NCBI GenBank assembly: GCA_030141605.1
Contig: JAQGDQ010000035.1
Location: 372,001-436,000 of the forward strand
From: Tubiluchus corallicola
Lineage: Eukaryota > Animalia > Priapulida
Direction: 5' to 3'
Length of the DNA: 64,000 nucleotides
The notes under the pieces are model-generated. The model did no database searches, was not told the DNA's origin, and saw nothing but the letters and a program-made list of their open reading frames with translations. Position 1 is the stretch's first letter; each line of letters begins with the position of its first letter. Shown here one piece after another: positions 37,462 through 51,069 of this stretch. Position numbers and translations under genes: made by a program.

Positions 37462-40400
37462 AGTAAAGATCGGTTGGAACTTGAACTAGGAGCACTTTTG
37501 CTTTGCCTTTTGGCTCTATTCCAGGGAATCTTTATCCTAGTACGGAATGTGCCAAATACAGCATATAGCACTACAGCTTTTTTCCTCGAAGGTACTCTGT
37601 GGAATCGCTCTCCATCATCACGTTTCACTCCTGATTTATAATCTAATTTTAAAACATCGGGTGCTCATGGTGTAAACTTACAATAGCTAAATCAATCAAG
37701 TGCCGAAATAGAGGATAAAAACTTGGTCAGGAAGAGCAAACCAGTAGTATTGTATTTTTTACTTCAACGAAAATAAATACTTGATAGAAAATAATGATCA
37801 TATAAGATAAAGCTGGAGCTTTTACGTATATTGAAGTGTGTTAGTTGTCGCAGTGACAAAAGTCATTGAAATGTAGCAAGCTCAACAAAGCCAATTTATG
37901 CACGGTTTGGAGCCATTTTACCGAACAGCATCCTCTGATCTTAGACGACGACGAGTCTACAGACCCAGATTGAGTGGTTTTTTGCTTAAAAGAAAGGACA
38001 AGATACTTAAATTATTGGAATTATTTTACTGTTATCACTTAAACTTAGAACAATATAACACAGACGTTTATAATACACAAAAATACTGTTATAATCCTTT
38101 AAATTAATTTATATTACCGCTATATAAAAGTTTTCAAGCGCGAGAGTAGCCGCCATTCACTCGAAAATTATGACGTAACTGATGGACTTCGTTACTTTTC
38201 TCAAGCGCATCGTGGGTTTCCGTAGCTTAAAGTAATTCAAAAATCTTCAGCTTACCTAATGTTTATGCAAAAACATTACAAAATTAGCTATCTAAAGCTT
38301 TCTAAATACTTATTATACTATTGGCCGAAATTTACAGCGTGTTATTTTCTTCCGTCGAGGAATGACGTCATTGGCGGAGGAATGGGCATTCAAAATAGCA
38401 GCGCCCAAGCGTAAAGTGATTGAGTCTTCAAAGTGATTAAATACACGAGACGCTAATCGCACTTCTAACATTTTCGCGAACACTGAAATAAGCCTGATTT
38501 TCCAGAATGCTTGGGTTTTGCTTTAGCATTTACCTGCGACTATTATTAACAATTCGTTAAATGGAATTGTGAAGGGGGAATATCTCTGTGCGGGACCTAG
38601 TCAAGCGCAAATGATCAGCAAGCTTATCTATTAAGCTACAACGAGATGACCAAATGAGAATCTCTTGTTCAAACAAAAAGTATACATCTATTCGCATCGC
38701 CAGCATATTATTACGTATAAATTTGCCAATTCTAGATTGACAGTATCTCTTTCCTTCTCCGTAATATTGTTAAAAGTATCCTAACACGGTACAACGCAAG
38801 GATTGTTTAGTTAATTTCGTGGGACATGTTATGGAAATTAATTTTCGTAATTGCTGTCACTATGGATTATAAGAGAACGGATACATTTATCGCGGGATCT
38901 CTAAACCATGGTGTATACTGTTACTTATTACATTGCTTACCCTGGATGTAATCCCTGCCACGTATTGTGTAAGTTCATACAAGTTAATACTGATAAGAGC
39001 ATGAACTCGCTCAATTTTATTTGCGCAAAAAAACTAATCTGTTGCTTCTATACACACATATATACTAATAATTGTATTTCGCAGATTAGCGAGACATTTT
39101 TACATGTTACAACGATTATTAAACGATAAAGTCAAATTCAGGTTCCAGAAGATCATTAAAGTCAACTAGTGAGATTATACTAAATTTACTACATTTGATG
39201 ATTTTGCAACAAATACACATAGGGCAGGATTTACCTATTTGCATAGTAGACATTGGTTTAGGGTTGAATATGATTATACTCAAAATCATAAAGGACGTTC
39301 TGCAGAATACGTGTAAGGCACATGTGATCTTCCTTGCAAAAACATTACAGTAATATGCATTGTACATATATTATATATGTGTATGTACATATATACATAT
39401 TATACGTTGGATACTAAAACATGCCAACATTTCTAAAAATTCGAGGACCCACTAATGAACTTTGTCTAGGGCCCATTCGTAGGTAAATCCGTTTCTGAAT
39501 ACAGATATTTGGAGAGCAACCCGCCTTGTCTATTTTTCCATTATTATCAAACGAAAGTGAAAATGCCATAACACACCTTTGCATTTACCAAGCCGACACG
39601 CAGCATTGACAAAGTAAGGCTTTAAATACAGATTTTATGAAGCTGTACAACAATAAAGCCCGACGATGAACCTTCTTTATACGTTACAAGCAAATTCCCA
39701 AGTGTCCTTTTAGCTGTACGTGTAGGATTACTCAGGTACAGCTACGAAAACCGAAAGAGCAGCATTAAACAAAATAAAAGACAAAATCCTCATATCCTCG
39801 TTTCCCTGTTTAAGTTTGCAATATATATATATATAACGAGTATAAAAATATTCTGTGATAAAACTTTAAATAAACCAGGGTGTTTATTTAATTCTATATT
39901 ATTATATTAATATTAATCCTGTATACGCACTCATAATTAAGTGGCGCACACAGTTATTTTAGTACACACTCACTATGGTTTTTAATCTTTGTGATCAGAA
40001 AGAGTCAAAGTGTATAAATTTCAAAAGCGAAACAGTCTCATGCTGTTTAATTTCGCAAAAAGATATATGTGAGTTTGTTTATGGAATCACCATTACATAT
40101 ATTACATTAAAAACAAACAAACAAACAAGACTGACTTAATCATCTGTGTAAGAAGCGTTTACCAGAGACAAAATCCCTTTACAAAGCGTACAGAACAAAT
40201 AACAATTAATTCACAAGTATTAAAAATAGCTATCACAACAATGTTACAAAAAGTTGTATTAATAACTTTTTACACAATAGTATCTAGTATCTAGATTTTA
40301 TTTAGACAATTTAGAATGATTCCTACCCTGATATGTTGATTCCAGAAAAGCTGCTATATGCAGCACGGTCTACATGAGAACGGGGCACACTACAATGATT

Positions 40401-41399
40401 CTGAATCACTGAGAATGTGAGAAAAAATAAAATTCCCAACTAACTTCAATTCACGTGTGAATAGCAATAGATGCAATAAACGCATGAGCTCCTCGTACTG
40501 TATTGATTTCTGTACGTACTTTTTGTTCTCTACGAATGATTTAAATTGCAATTCTGTAAACACTAAAATACTAGTGTCGATACTGGATCTCATGAAAACA
40601 TATCAGACGAGACTATCTTATAACCGTACAGTGTGCGTCAGTGTGTGTGTATAACCACATTAACAACTGACTTGGTTTAAACAAACCAAAGCAACGGCAG
40701 TACTATTAATGATAGATAGGTCGAAATTGTATAAGCTTTGTGTAAAAAGTGTAAAAAGTCCAGCTCTGGTGAGCACAAATCATTGGCCGACTCCACTACC
40801 TGTTCTACTACTCAACGCAACTCTATGCATTAGCACGTTCAATTTATATTGTGTTAATAAGTACTTACTCTTGCTGTTAATTCACGACTTTTCGATTTGT
40901 TAATGTTGCAGCCTTACTGAACTTAATTTACAGCCATAAAAATTTAACGATTAAAGTGTTCATCTATATAGCACGGCCTTTTCATTTTTTTACTGTTAGG
41001 TAGTTTTAATTGTATTAATTATAGTTTAGCTATTTTGATGTATAATTTTATGTTGCAGAAACTTTTAAACTGCCAGGAAAAAGATTTCTCGTGTTTATTA
41101 AATATGTATATGTGATTGTAACTAATAAGCTATATCTACTGCAGATCAGAAGGTCGTGTACATGCCCAGTAAAGGACCAGTTTCAATCGTAGTTTAGTAA
41201 AGGCCCCATTAGCTTTCCGCCAACTACTCACTTCCATTGGATACACCCCACCCTCTTAATGAAAAGTAAAGCTACAACTAAGCACTGTACACTTCAACTG
41301 AATTAAACATTAACATTGTTCCAACAGCCATCGATTATCGTAAACGTCTAAGTACATTCGATATGTACAGTACTATAGCAGTCAAAAATCAGAGAAGAT

Positions 41400-41770
41400 A
41401 ATTATGTAGATATGTAAACATTAGTTAAAATATTTATATTTAATTTACCCTTATTCTATGGATACAATAATGCTCGGCATAACGAAATATTTACTAATAG
41501 ATGAAAATTTTTCTCAGTTAAAAGATAGCTTTTTATAAGAAACTTAATTAACGACCCCAAATGTAGCTGCGGTGAGTTTATAGAAGGTTTTTACCATTAC
41601 TTTTTCGAATGCCTTAAATACGATAGAGCTAGAACGGCATTATTAAACGATCTACCTGACCACCAGATTGTAGCGCGTGAACTCTTACAAAATTATGATC
41701 TGTAGTGCTTTATTATCCATAGTTTATTCCAACATTTTATTAAATCAACCTTCCGCTTTACAATACAATA
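41400..41770 (+). mobile_element. Decayed LINE 3' end (CR1/L2-like)
   Basis: PKCSCGEFIEGFYHYFFECLKY cysteine motif at about 41555-41625. Confidence 0.5.
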
Positions 41771-43367
41771 AATTTACTGTTAGACGAGTAACCAGCCAAC
41801 TCACTTTGCAAATGTATTTTTATCATTACTGTTGTTATTAAAATGTTGTGTTTATACTGGTCATATGTGTAAGTTTAATCACAATCTGCTGATGGTAATT
41901 GAGTCAACTGTTTTATAAATGAAATGTGATATAAGTTGTGATGCCCATTATTCTTTTATTAGCACTTTATGTACAATAAAACGAACTTTTTTATGTCGTA
42001 GGTCCATCTCTTGGAGCCAACTTTGAAATATGTCTTGCATCAGCAGGTTGAAGGTCACATGACCCGAGGTACCTGACTTACCTAGCTTCACAGGTAGAAC
42101 TCGCTGGTTAAAAACTGCTCTAGAATCTTGATCTGGTTTAAATTTTGAGGCTCACACTGTGAAAATGTAAATTGTAAGTCTATAATGGTCTAAGCCAGAC
42201 AAGGAAGCAAAGATCTATGTAATTACTATCTTATTTCTGTCATTTTCTTATTTTTTACAAAGTTAAAGTTAGGTAATTTTCATGTGAACCTGTTGAATTA
42301 AAATTTCCGTTTGCTTGTTTAACAGATAAAACGTGATGGTCACACTTTTGGTTATGGATTAGATGATTTCATAAATAAACTGGTCAGACTACAAAGCAAC
42401 TTTCCAATGGCTTAATATATTTGGAACAAATAGCCAAAAGTAAAACAAGGAAAACCAAACACTTTGCACTTAGCATTAGCATCGTAGCGATTCCTGTATC
42501 AGACATAGTCTCTTTCGTAAATCCACTCTATATAAATAAAGTTTAAAATAAACAAATTTACCTTCACATTTTCATTTAACATAACAAAGACATCGCTACG
42601 CACACCAAGCAGGTATATATATTTATATACCTAAATGCACATTTATAGACTTACAGACATTCACAGATCTAAATTTGCAGACACTATATACATTATGTAA
42701 TCAATTACTGCAAAGAGCACAAAATTGTAATAAAGTTGCCAGTCAGTTTATTTCAGTAAAGAGCTGGCTTTTCTCCTGAAATGCCATTCATAAACGAAGT
42801 AATGTCTGTTGCATAATGTACTGACCGACCAGGTCTATATAACCAGCAGCTGCTTGCTCAGCCTCGCTCAATCTAATTCCCAAAGATCTATAGTAAAGCA
42901 AAGATCAAGGATCTTACATGATTATTTGGCTTCTCTAATTGATCTCTCTTTAGTGAACACTCAGCGGATGGAGACGGTAAAAGTCATGCAGGTACAAAAC
43001 ACCTGCGCTAATTAGTGGACATTACAGACCTAAGACAGGTTAGGACTGAATTCTGCACCCTTTTAAGAAAGCCAGTGGATATAAATTGTAAAAAATGATG
43101 TCAGTAATAATGAAGCAGTCTGAAAAGGCGTTAACTTTTAATTTCTGTAAAATTAAATTAAATTAAGAAATGAAAGGGTTCTGAATTCCACAAAACAGTG
43201 ATATTTTACTAAAACCAAGTATTAATAGATCCTTTCCACGTATATACTACGCTATAACATCTTGTCCTGTGCAGTTTTCGACCTTAATGTTTACATAATA
43301 ACTCGCTGACAATATGACCGTGCTGGCGTGCTCTCTTGAGACTTTACTGTGTGGAGGTGAATGCTGA

Positions 43368-43533
43368 CTTCTTAGTCTCAAAACAATTTTTTGTTGATAC
43401 AGAAGCTTTCGCCCTGACGGGTCTCATCATTTGCAGTACAAGTTTTACAGCAGTCATTTCAGCCGATGGAGCTTATTAGGGCGAAAGCTGCTGAAATAAA
43501 TGGATAAAAAAATCTGTGTTTTAAGACTAAGAA
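43368..43533. mobile_element. Inverted repeat whose two arms each carry a degenerate minimal type I hammerhead ribozyme (Penelope-like pLTR remnant)
   Basis: Minus arm ATGATGA-GACCCGTCAGGGC-GAAAGCTT; plus arm ATTTCAG-CCGATGGA-GCTTATTAGGGC-GAAAGCTG-CTGAAAT; both arms end TGTTTT(G/A)AGACTAAGAA. Confidence 0.6.
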
Positions 43534-44412
43534 AAGAAGATTCATATTTTTCTTATGCAGCAAAATTGTTGACACAAATTCCTTATGGACAAAATTAGTG
43601 TTAAGCAGCTAAATAATTTGTGCTGTGCAGCACTATATCACTGGAATTCAATTAAAGGTATTTTCCCAGATTCTAATGTATTATTTCTGAATTCATAACA
43701 ACATATTAATTCTTATTATAAGGTTTTGTACGTGACTTATAGTTGTAATAAATACTCTGCAAAGGTTTTGTTATTAAAGTGAAACTGCAATATGACCGCC
43801 GTTACCTTGATTAAAGTTGTAGCAAAATTTTATCTGGCAGCTCTTATTTTTGCCTGGTTAAAATGACGTTTTCAGGCTTCACGTTTTGTACTTGTGTGTG
43901 TAATTGTAACGCGCAACAGTGTCATTTTACTTCATGTGTGCGTGCGTGTTTTAATTTCAGCAAAAGAAAAATTGAGTAATGAGTATGATTCTACACATGT
44001 GCAAGTTTAGTATGTTACTTTGTGCGAGAGCTTTTAGCGGTCCTTGTAATAACTTTGTGTTATTGGTGTTTAAAAGATTTGAACTTGATTAAGTCTTGCA
44101 TTAAAAATACAATAACAATTGAAATGTGTATAACACGTGTAAGACAGATAGTGTCTAAGTGCGCTTATAATGTCACCAATGAGCAGAGTTATCATATATT
44201 ATTTGTAAAAAATATTATAAATGCAGTCGAGCGTAAGCAGCTTAAATTTTTGAATAGAAAAGAACTTAACCTAACACTAGATTGGATGTTTTATTATACT
44301 CCCCTTGACTTCTACTATATTGTTTATTTTCCCTTTTTGTGCAAATTATTATAATGTGTAAATGTTCTTACTTTTCTATGCTACTAGCAAATTGAAAACT
44401 GTACTACAATTT

Positions 44413-44434
44413 GATAATGATAATGATGATGATG

Positions 44435-44481
<47 letters not shown>
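44413..44481. repeat. (AAT/GAT)n microsatellite
   Basis: Direct reading. Confidence 0.95.
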
Positions 44482-45171
44482 TGAAATGAATTGAAAACCG
44501 AAGGAATACAACATGTAATTTAGCTACTCACAAGTAAGAAAGAGGTCAAATGCCGGCGCAACAGACTGGTGGGAGATAGCATATTTGTATGCGACTGCTT
44601 AAGTCGTACGCTCATAATGCTTTATACTTTAAAATCGCAAAAAGTTCACTAAGTAACGTTCACACTTATACGGTTTACTACACTAACAAAGACATTCAAT
44701 TAAAATGCATATGTTAACCACCAAGTAGTCAAACTACATGTTTTACAGCAGAAACTTTTATTAATGTGTCACAGTCTAAGTGTAGGATACAATGAATGTG
44801 CAGCTATATGCTAATCATAACGTCTCAACACAACAACATGAAGTGTAAACAAGAAAAGAAAAAGGCAAGAAATATAATTTGCTATTTTGGCTTTAATAGA
44901 AAGATATGCCTAAACGAAAGTCAAAAATTGGCTGTTAGCTATCACTTACCCAGTAATAAAAACTTTTCTTTTACTTCTAATGCAACTTTCGTTTTCTATT
45001 TAATCTAAATTGACATGGCGGTTCGACAGTAAAGATTCTCGAACCTGTTAATCTTCTTTGAAAAGTTTATCAGTATCAACAGGCGCACACCTCATAACAA
45101 CTTGTCTCTTGCACATTGTCAATCGGTTTGCTTTTCTTGTACGTAGAGTTTTCATCTGAAGCCACGCTCAC

Positions 45172-45197
45172 TGACGTCACCGTGTTGCCCAGGCAAC
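45172..45197. promoter_or_regulatory. Adjacent CRE (TGACGTCA) and palindromic RFX X-box (GTTGCCCAGGCAAC)
   Basis: Motifs at 45172-45179 and 45184-45197 within a CpG-enriched patch. Function is inferred. Confidence 0.45.
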
Positions 45198-48100
45198 CAA
45201 GGACGGGGTCGTAAAATTACGAAAATGTCTCTGCGATAACGCTGAATTTAATTAACGCTAGTAGACGGTGCAGTGACGGACATCACCCGTTAAGCGCGGT
45301 GAAGCGTTGGACAAATTACTCGAACACAAAAACAAAACGCTTGTAAAAAGGTTAGCATTCTTAAAAAGGCGCAGTAAACAAAAAATTCTATCAAGTTGTT
45401 TATAAACACAAAGGCAATAGTTCAATACCTTATCTGGGCCCATTCCTGTCAGTATAGATGTAGACCCAATTATGCTTATTTTGTTTAATTCTCATTTAAC
45501 GAAAACTCGCGCCAAATACCAACCGCATAAAGTGCTGTTTTACAGCTATATTAAAAAACTGTTGAAAATATCCTTTTGAAAAAATTCGTATTAGTGTAGC
45601 AAAATAATTTGCACTATGCGTTAAATCATTGGAATTCAATTTTAAAGCTTTTTCCCATATTTTAGTGTGATATTTCTGCGTAGATCCACGACACATTACA
45701 TTCGCAATATAAAGTCTTATATGTAACTCATACATGTAATAAATGCTTTGCAAAGTTTTTGTTATTTATACTGAAAACTGCAGTATTGCCGCAGTATTTT
45801 TCAAAAAGTTGAAATGTCTGTACGTTTTTTTCTGTTAGTTTGATACAGCAAACGCAGTGGCATGTTTACGATTTCAGTTCACAAAAAGGACTTTATGTCG
45901 CATCGGAACTAAATGTTTTTTTTACGAAATCAAACCATATGTGCTGATTTCATTTAAAGTAAAGCATGCTGAAAATAGTCAGGCATTGAGAGCCGAAAAA
46001 CCAACTTGTTACCCAAGCATTTGCATCATTCTTCATTTGATTACGTTGCGGTTGTGATGGTGCAAAACTTACGCATTCTCACTTTGGTTGTGTGTAAGAC
46101 ACCATTTACATTATGCAGCAATCAGGTACCTTATACACACCTTATACCTTATACACCACGATGGTTTGCGAGAAATTTACGGTTTATGCAGTAGTGCACG
46201 TGGCTTTATTTTTATTGACTTTCGTTTTTTATTGACGTTTGCTTATCAACGAACTGCAGCAGGTTTGCACATTTCGTATCATTCACATGTACCGTTACAC
46301 GTTCCGGATGTACACGACAGTAGCAGCAGCGTAACCACTTTAGTGATGAATGTATGTGAGGTTAACTAATATTATTTAAAAGGAACAGGCTACAGGTTAT
46401 GTTATGATTCGGTATTTTGCTAGAAAAAATATTTCTTCAGCTCTGATGAGACTAGCAAGGATTCATCCCGCTAACATTCAAGTGCCTTCTCTCGGAACGT
46501 GTGTTTGTCAAACATTAATAAGATTAAATCTAAGTAAGGGTATCAAAAGGAAATTCTATTTCAAATTCGTGTCAAAGTAATACATAATAACACTAGCCGC
46601 TTTTTAGTTGATCTTTCACGCTGGTCAGAAATGGTAAAACCTTGACATGACTTTATTAAATGGGAATCGATGTCTAATAATAAGAAATTATAACACCAAT
46701 GATGCAATAAACATAGTTATGAAATTTATTTCGGACGTTTTCGGTTGTCCTAGCAGCCATCCTCAATAAGTTAAAAGCTACAAAGAAAACGGAATGGAAA
46801 AACAAACTTCTGTTTGGAAATAAGTACTGTATGCTTAACATGTTTTCATTGATGGTTTAACAAATATTTTTAAATTCTTTTTAATTCTTTAAGTCATCAA
46901 TAGCGAAATATATATATATATGAGGCGTACTAAGAAAGTATTTTGCTAAAAATTACCTCAGGTAACATGGTTTAGGTGCACACTACAGTAAGTTCAGCTT
47001 TTGCTGCACTTCACGATAAAATCTCCAAACTAAAAGAGAATAATCGGAGACGTTGATGCATCCTCTACGTGTCGATTCCCTAATTAAATGCTGATCAAAC
47101 AGTTTGTTGTAAAATATAGTTACTCAACTACGTGCATTAGCACGCATCCGCCGCTGTCAATTACTCTAATAAAATGATTAGTCAGTCAACGATCATTAAC
47201 AGCCATGATTGGCAAAGCCTAGCAGTAGATAAACAAGTTAATGCCAGAAAAGCTCAGGTGCATAATTAACGGGAAACGTCCAGCAGGTGTAATAAGGCAG
47301 CGTCTTAACAGCAGGATGGCTTCTGCGTCAAGATGCTGATTGGGGTCGCGATTCTCAGCATGATTAGCCACAAGTTTTCTGTACAAGAGTAGCAGCATCG
47401 GTTAGGTATTTTAGCGTTTTCTACAATAGTTATTATAATGAAAGGAGTGGAAATTTCACGCAGGCGAGAAAACTAAAGCGGCGTTTACGCCATGCGTTAT
47501 GCGTTATTGCGTAGGCGTTACAATATAGGATTTAGCCCATACTCAGGCTTAATGGTTCTCCTCTTAAATATTGTAATTTTTGTGATTATTTAGGTTATGT
47601 ATTCGCTCCTGACTCACAACGTGATGTTGAGGCTATGCAAGCACAGTTAAAAGGTCTTTGTAAAGAATAATGCACAGGTGTTTTGCCTGTACATTATTTT
47701 AGTGTTTACTCTGTTTACCTTGATTTTATGTTTACTTTGTATTTAACTGTTTTCCTAACCCTAAATCTACCTGTGTGATTACAGGAATTTATACCTGCGC
47801 ATTATTTTTGAGTTATAATTTTTTGCATTGTTAGGCCTAAGATGTGTGTTAAGTGAATTACAACTTGTTAATTCTGACTTATTCAACTCGATAAAACCTG
47901 CATTAGAAACAAGCAAGCCTACCGGCCCTCAAAAAGAACCGCGCGTCCGAGTCTTACCTGTAACTGCTTATTCATTCAGGTTTATTATAATTTTGCGTGT
48001 TACAGTCATCGTGATCCGTTAAAGCTAGCACTGCCCAGCGTCTCTTAACCTAAAACAAACTTTTTGATCAAATTCAAGTAGCGGACTTAAGTGACCCTGA

Positions 48101-51069
48101 AGACAGTTTTATGAATTCCAACTAACAACGAAGTTATGACAACCAGCGAGATAGACTTAGGTGCACCCAAAGACGGCTATACGAATAAGGTTTGTCGATA
48201 CTGTCTTTAGAAGTGTCGTAACTCGTAAGACAATGCACTTGGGTACATAAATTTACGACACGTGCATGAATCTGGGCCCTGAGGCACTAGCAGGGATATC
48301 TTGGAGCCTGAGGTGGAATGGTCAATTTGTAAAGTTAGAGTGTGTAACTTCAGGAGTTAGAAAATCACTAGCACAATACAGATATCAGACTTCCCTGATA
48401 TTCTTACCTTTTCTCTGAAATACGTTTCTTATACTGAGCAGCTAAATCAAGAGAAGATAAAATAATAGACCATAGATTTTAAGATCTCATATTGAATGAC
48501 TCGTATCAGAGATAACGACCTTCTTAGGTTAGTCTGTGAAGGTTATCGCGTCACGTTAAAGACGTTATTTTATGAAATGCAGAGAAAACTTGCGGAGATC
48601 TAACCTGTTTAATAAAAACAAATACAACAGAGGAAACCAAACGATCCGCGTGAAGAGAAATGATTAGGTTATGAAAGTAAGACGATTTGCGATGTATGAA
48701 AATTAAAAACGGTACGATGAAATATTGGAGTCACTAGCAGGGTCCAAGCAGGAAGTTTGCAAAATTTGAGGGAGAAATTATTGAATCTAAGAAGTTAATC
48801 AGAGTTCTTTGTAGCCAAAAACAATGTCCGTGTGTTAAACAGTGAACGCGCTTTCCCTAAACCCCTTTATGTTTTGGTAATCGTGAAAAACGCAGTATTA
48901 CTACGAGCTGCTTTTGTGGTTTCACCATCGCACACCCATAAAGAACTAATAAAGGGGGATTGGTCTGTGATTTATTAAGTTCACTGCCTCCCTTCTGCAT
49001 TCCCTTCCCTAGGTTTAAATAGAAAAAATACACATCACTGATACCTCAGTGTCCAACCATTATAAATTAATAATCTAGTTCTATTCTCTATGACTTACAC
49101 AAATATCAATAATAAGAGCACAAGAGAATTTCATTTTAATATAAAAAAACTTATCAGTTTTAATATTTCTAAATAATAAATATAACGTCATTACAAGGAA
49201 GAATACTGGATCATTTGTATGTGGTCTGGCAAACTACCCAATGGTTTAATTGGTAAACGGTATGTTTACTTTTCGTATCATAAAACAAATATATGAACCT
49301 ATTGGTACAGATTGTGCTTTGCATTGTAAAATGAACATTACTTTTTTTAAATATGTAATTCTTATTGTGTTGTATGCCTCTATGTATTGTACGTTTTAAT
49401 GATCTGTCTTATGATCTGTAATTATGTGTACTGTGTTTGGGTGCGTATATATGCATGTAAATTTTTTTAAGTATTTTCTAGTGTAATTTTTTATAGTTAA
49501 CTGTATAGGTGAGTGCTTAATATTTTTATAATTCTATTCACTTTTAACTGTACAAAATAAATTTTAAATAAATAAAATAAAATTGCACATTACAGTTTTT
49601 ATAGTATATGTGCGTATTTTTCATTATGTTAAGCATTGAATTTTGAATACTCTATAAGTCATGAAACCTGGAGAGTAGACACCTGTGGTAGGCTCAAGAT
49701 TTCTAAACTCAAGATTAGACAATGATATGATTAAAAAAGGCTGCTTAAGGGCTCCGAGATAGAAGCCAAAATGTGAAAATCGGGCAACATGCTCGGCTAC
49801 TTTTGAGTAAACTACTCTGGACCAGGCACAGTGAAGTGAAAATTAATCATGAGCATCGTACACACTGGTCAATCACATATAAACATAATAATCTACAGTT
49901 TGCAACATGAGTAAACGACATTGGACCAGACTTAATCAAGTAATAAACATGGTCATGCTTGCGGGTTTGTATCCGAATTCATTCAGTCTTGAGTTTTGAG
50001 TTTGACCACATTATTCGTCGACTGGGATTGTAGTTACGTTTCTTTTTTACACGTCGGAAAACGTCACCACTGTGTTTACATGACCATGTTTTAATTTTCC
50101 CACAGTGCAGCGACAAATAGCGGGCACTACGTTAACAGGCCATCAAGATCCTGTCAGCTGCAAGCCTTTGGATAAATGCTGTACACTAGTGCGCCAGCAG
50201 CCAGCTTCGCAATCAAAGCTAATTTCCAATCAGCAATAATGCCTACATTGTTAATTAGAAGTGACATTGATCTTTACTGGAAAAGCTCACTGATTTAATT
50301 TAGCAGTCAGGAATTAAGCTGTACGATAAACAAGCCTATCGCTAATAACCATTGATTATGAACAGTAAGTGGTTTCCTGTATCAGCAAGGTAATTCAACA
50401 GCCTGTAAATAAAAATACTGACGCACACTCTGGCGGCAGATTATGCAAACAAGGTGACTCATAGAATACATTCAGAATACATCATTGCAACTTAAGGCAT
50501 AAACACATGTTTGATAAAGTGCTTTCAATCACAAAGGAATGCATGATTTGCATCTACAAAAAGGCAGTGCCGTTGCATGTATTCCAGGCTCCAGCTATCA
50601 ATAGCGACCAAACACTCCAGATGGTGTTACTGTACTTACATTTTCATCATCGTACTGACGAAGAAAATAGCTACATTTTGGTATATAAATATTATATAGA
50701 ACAACACATAATAGCGAGTTCAATATTATTAAATTAAATAAGATGCAAAGACCCTCAAAATGCGCGGTATAAGAAAAATTATAATTTCGTTACAGAATAA
50801 TAAAAAGCTGTGTAGAATGTTTTGACTTGTGTGTGATCCTGCTCTAATGAGATGAAATATGTTTTAAATATTTTCTTAACATGCGCAGTAAAAAAGTTAA
50901 TGGACATGCTGTCTATGCAAAGACAGGCAGAGGCACACAACACTACGTCCAAAAACTCAGATGGTTAATTTACTTAATTGGAAAGGTTTTTTGAAATATT
51001 CATTTTAAATCACCAACAAAATTTCACTTAGTGTTAAAATAACTTAAATCGACTTGTCATCTAAATATC

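Noticed and set aside
38140-38460. CpG-rich patch with CRE as a promoter
   Set aside because: The motif style (TTCAAAATAGCAGCGCCC) is common in non-autonomous DNA transposons, and no linked exon was found; unresolved.
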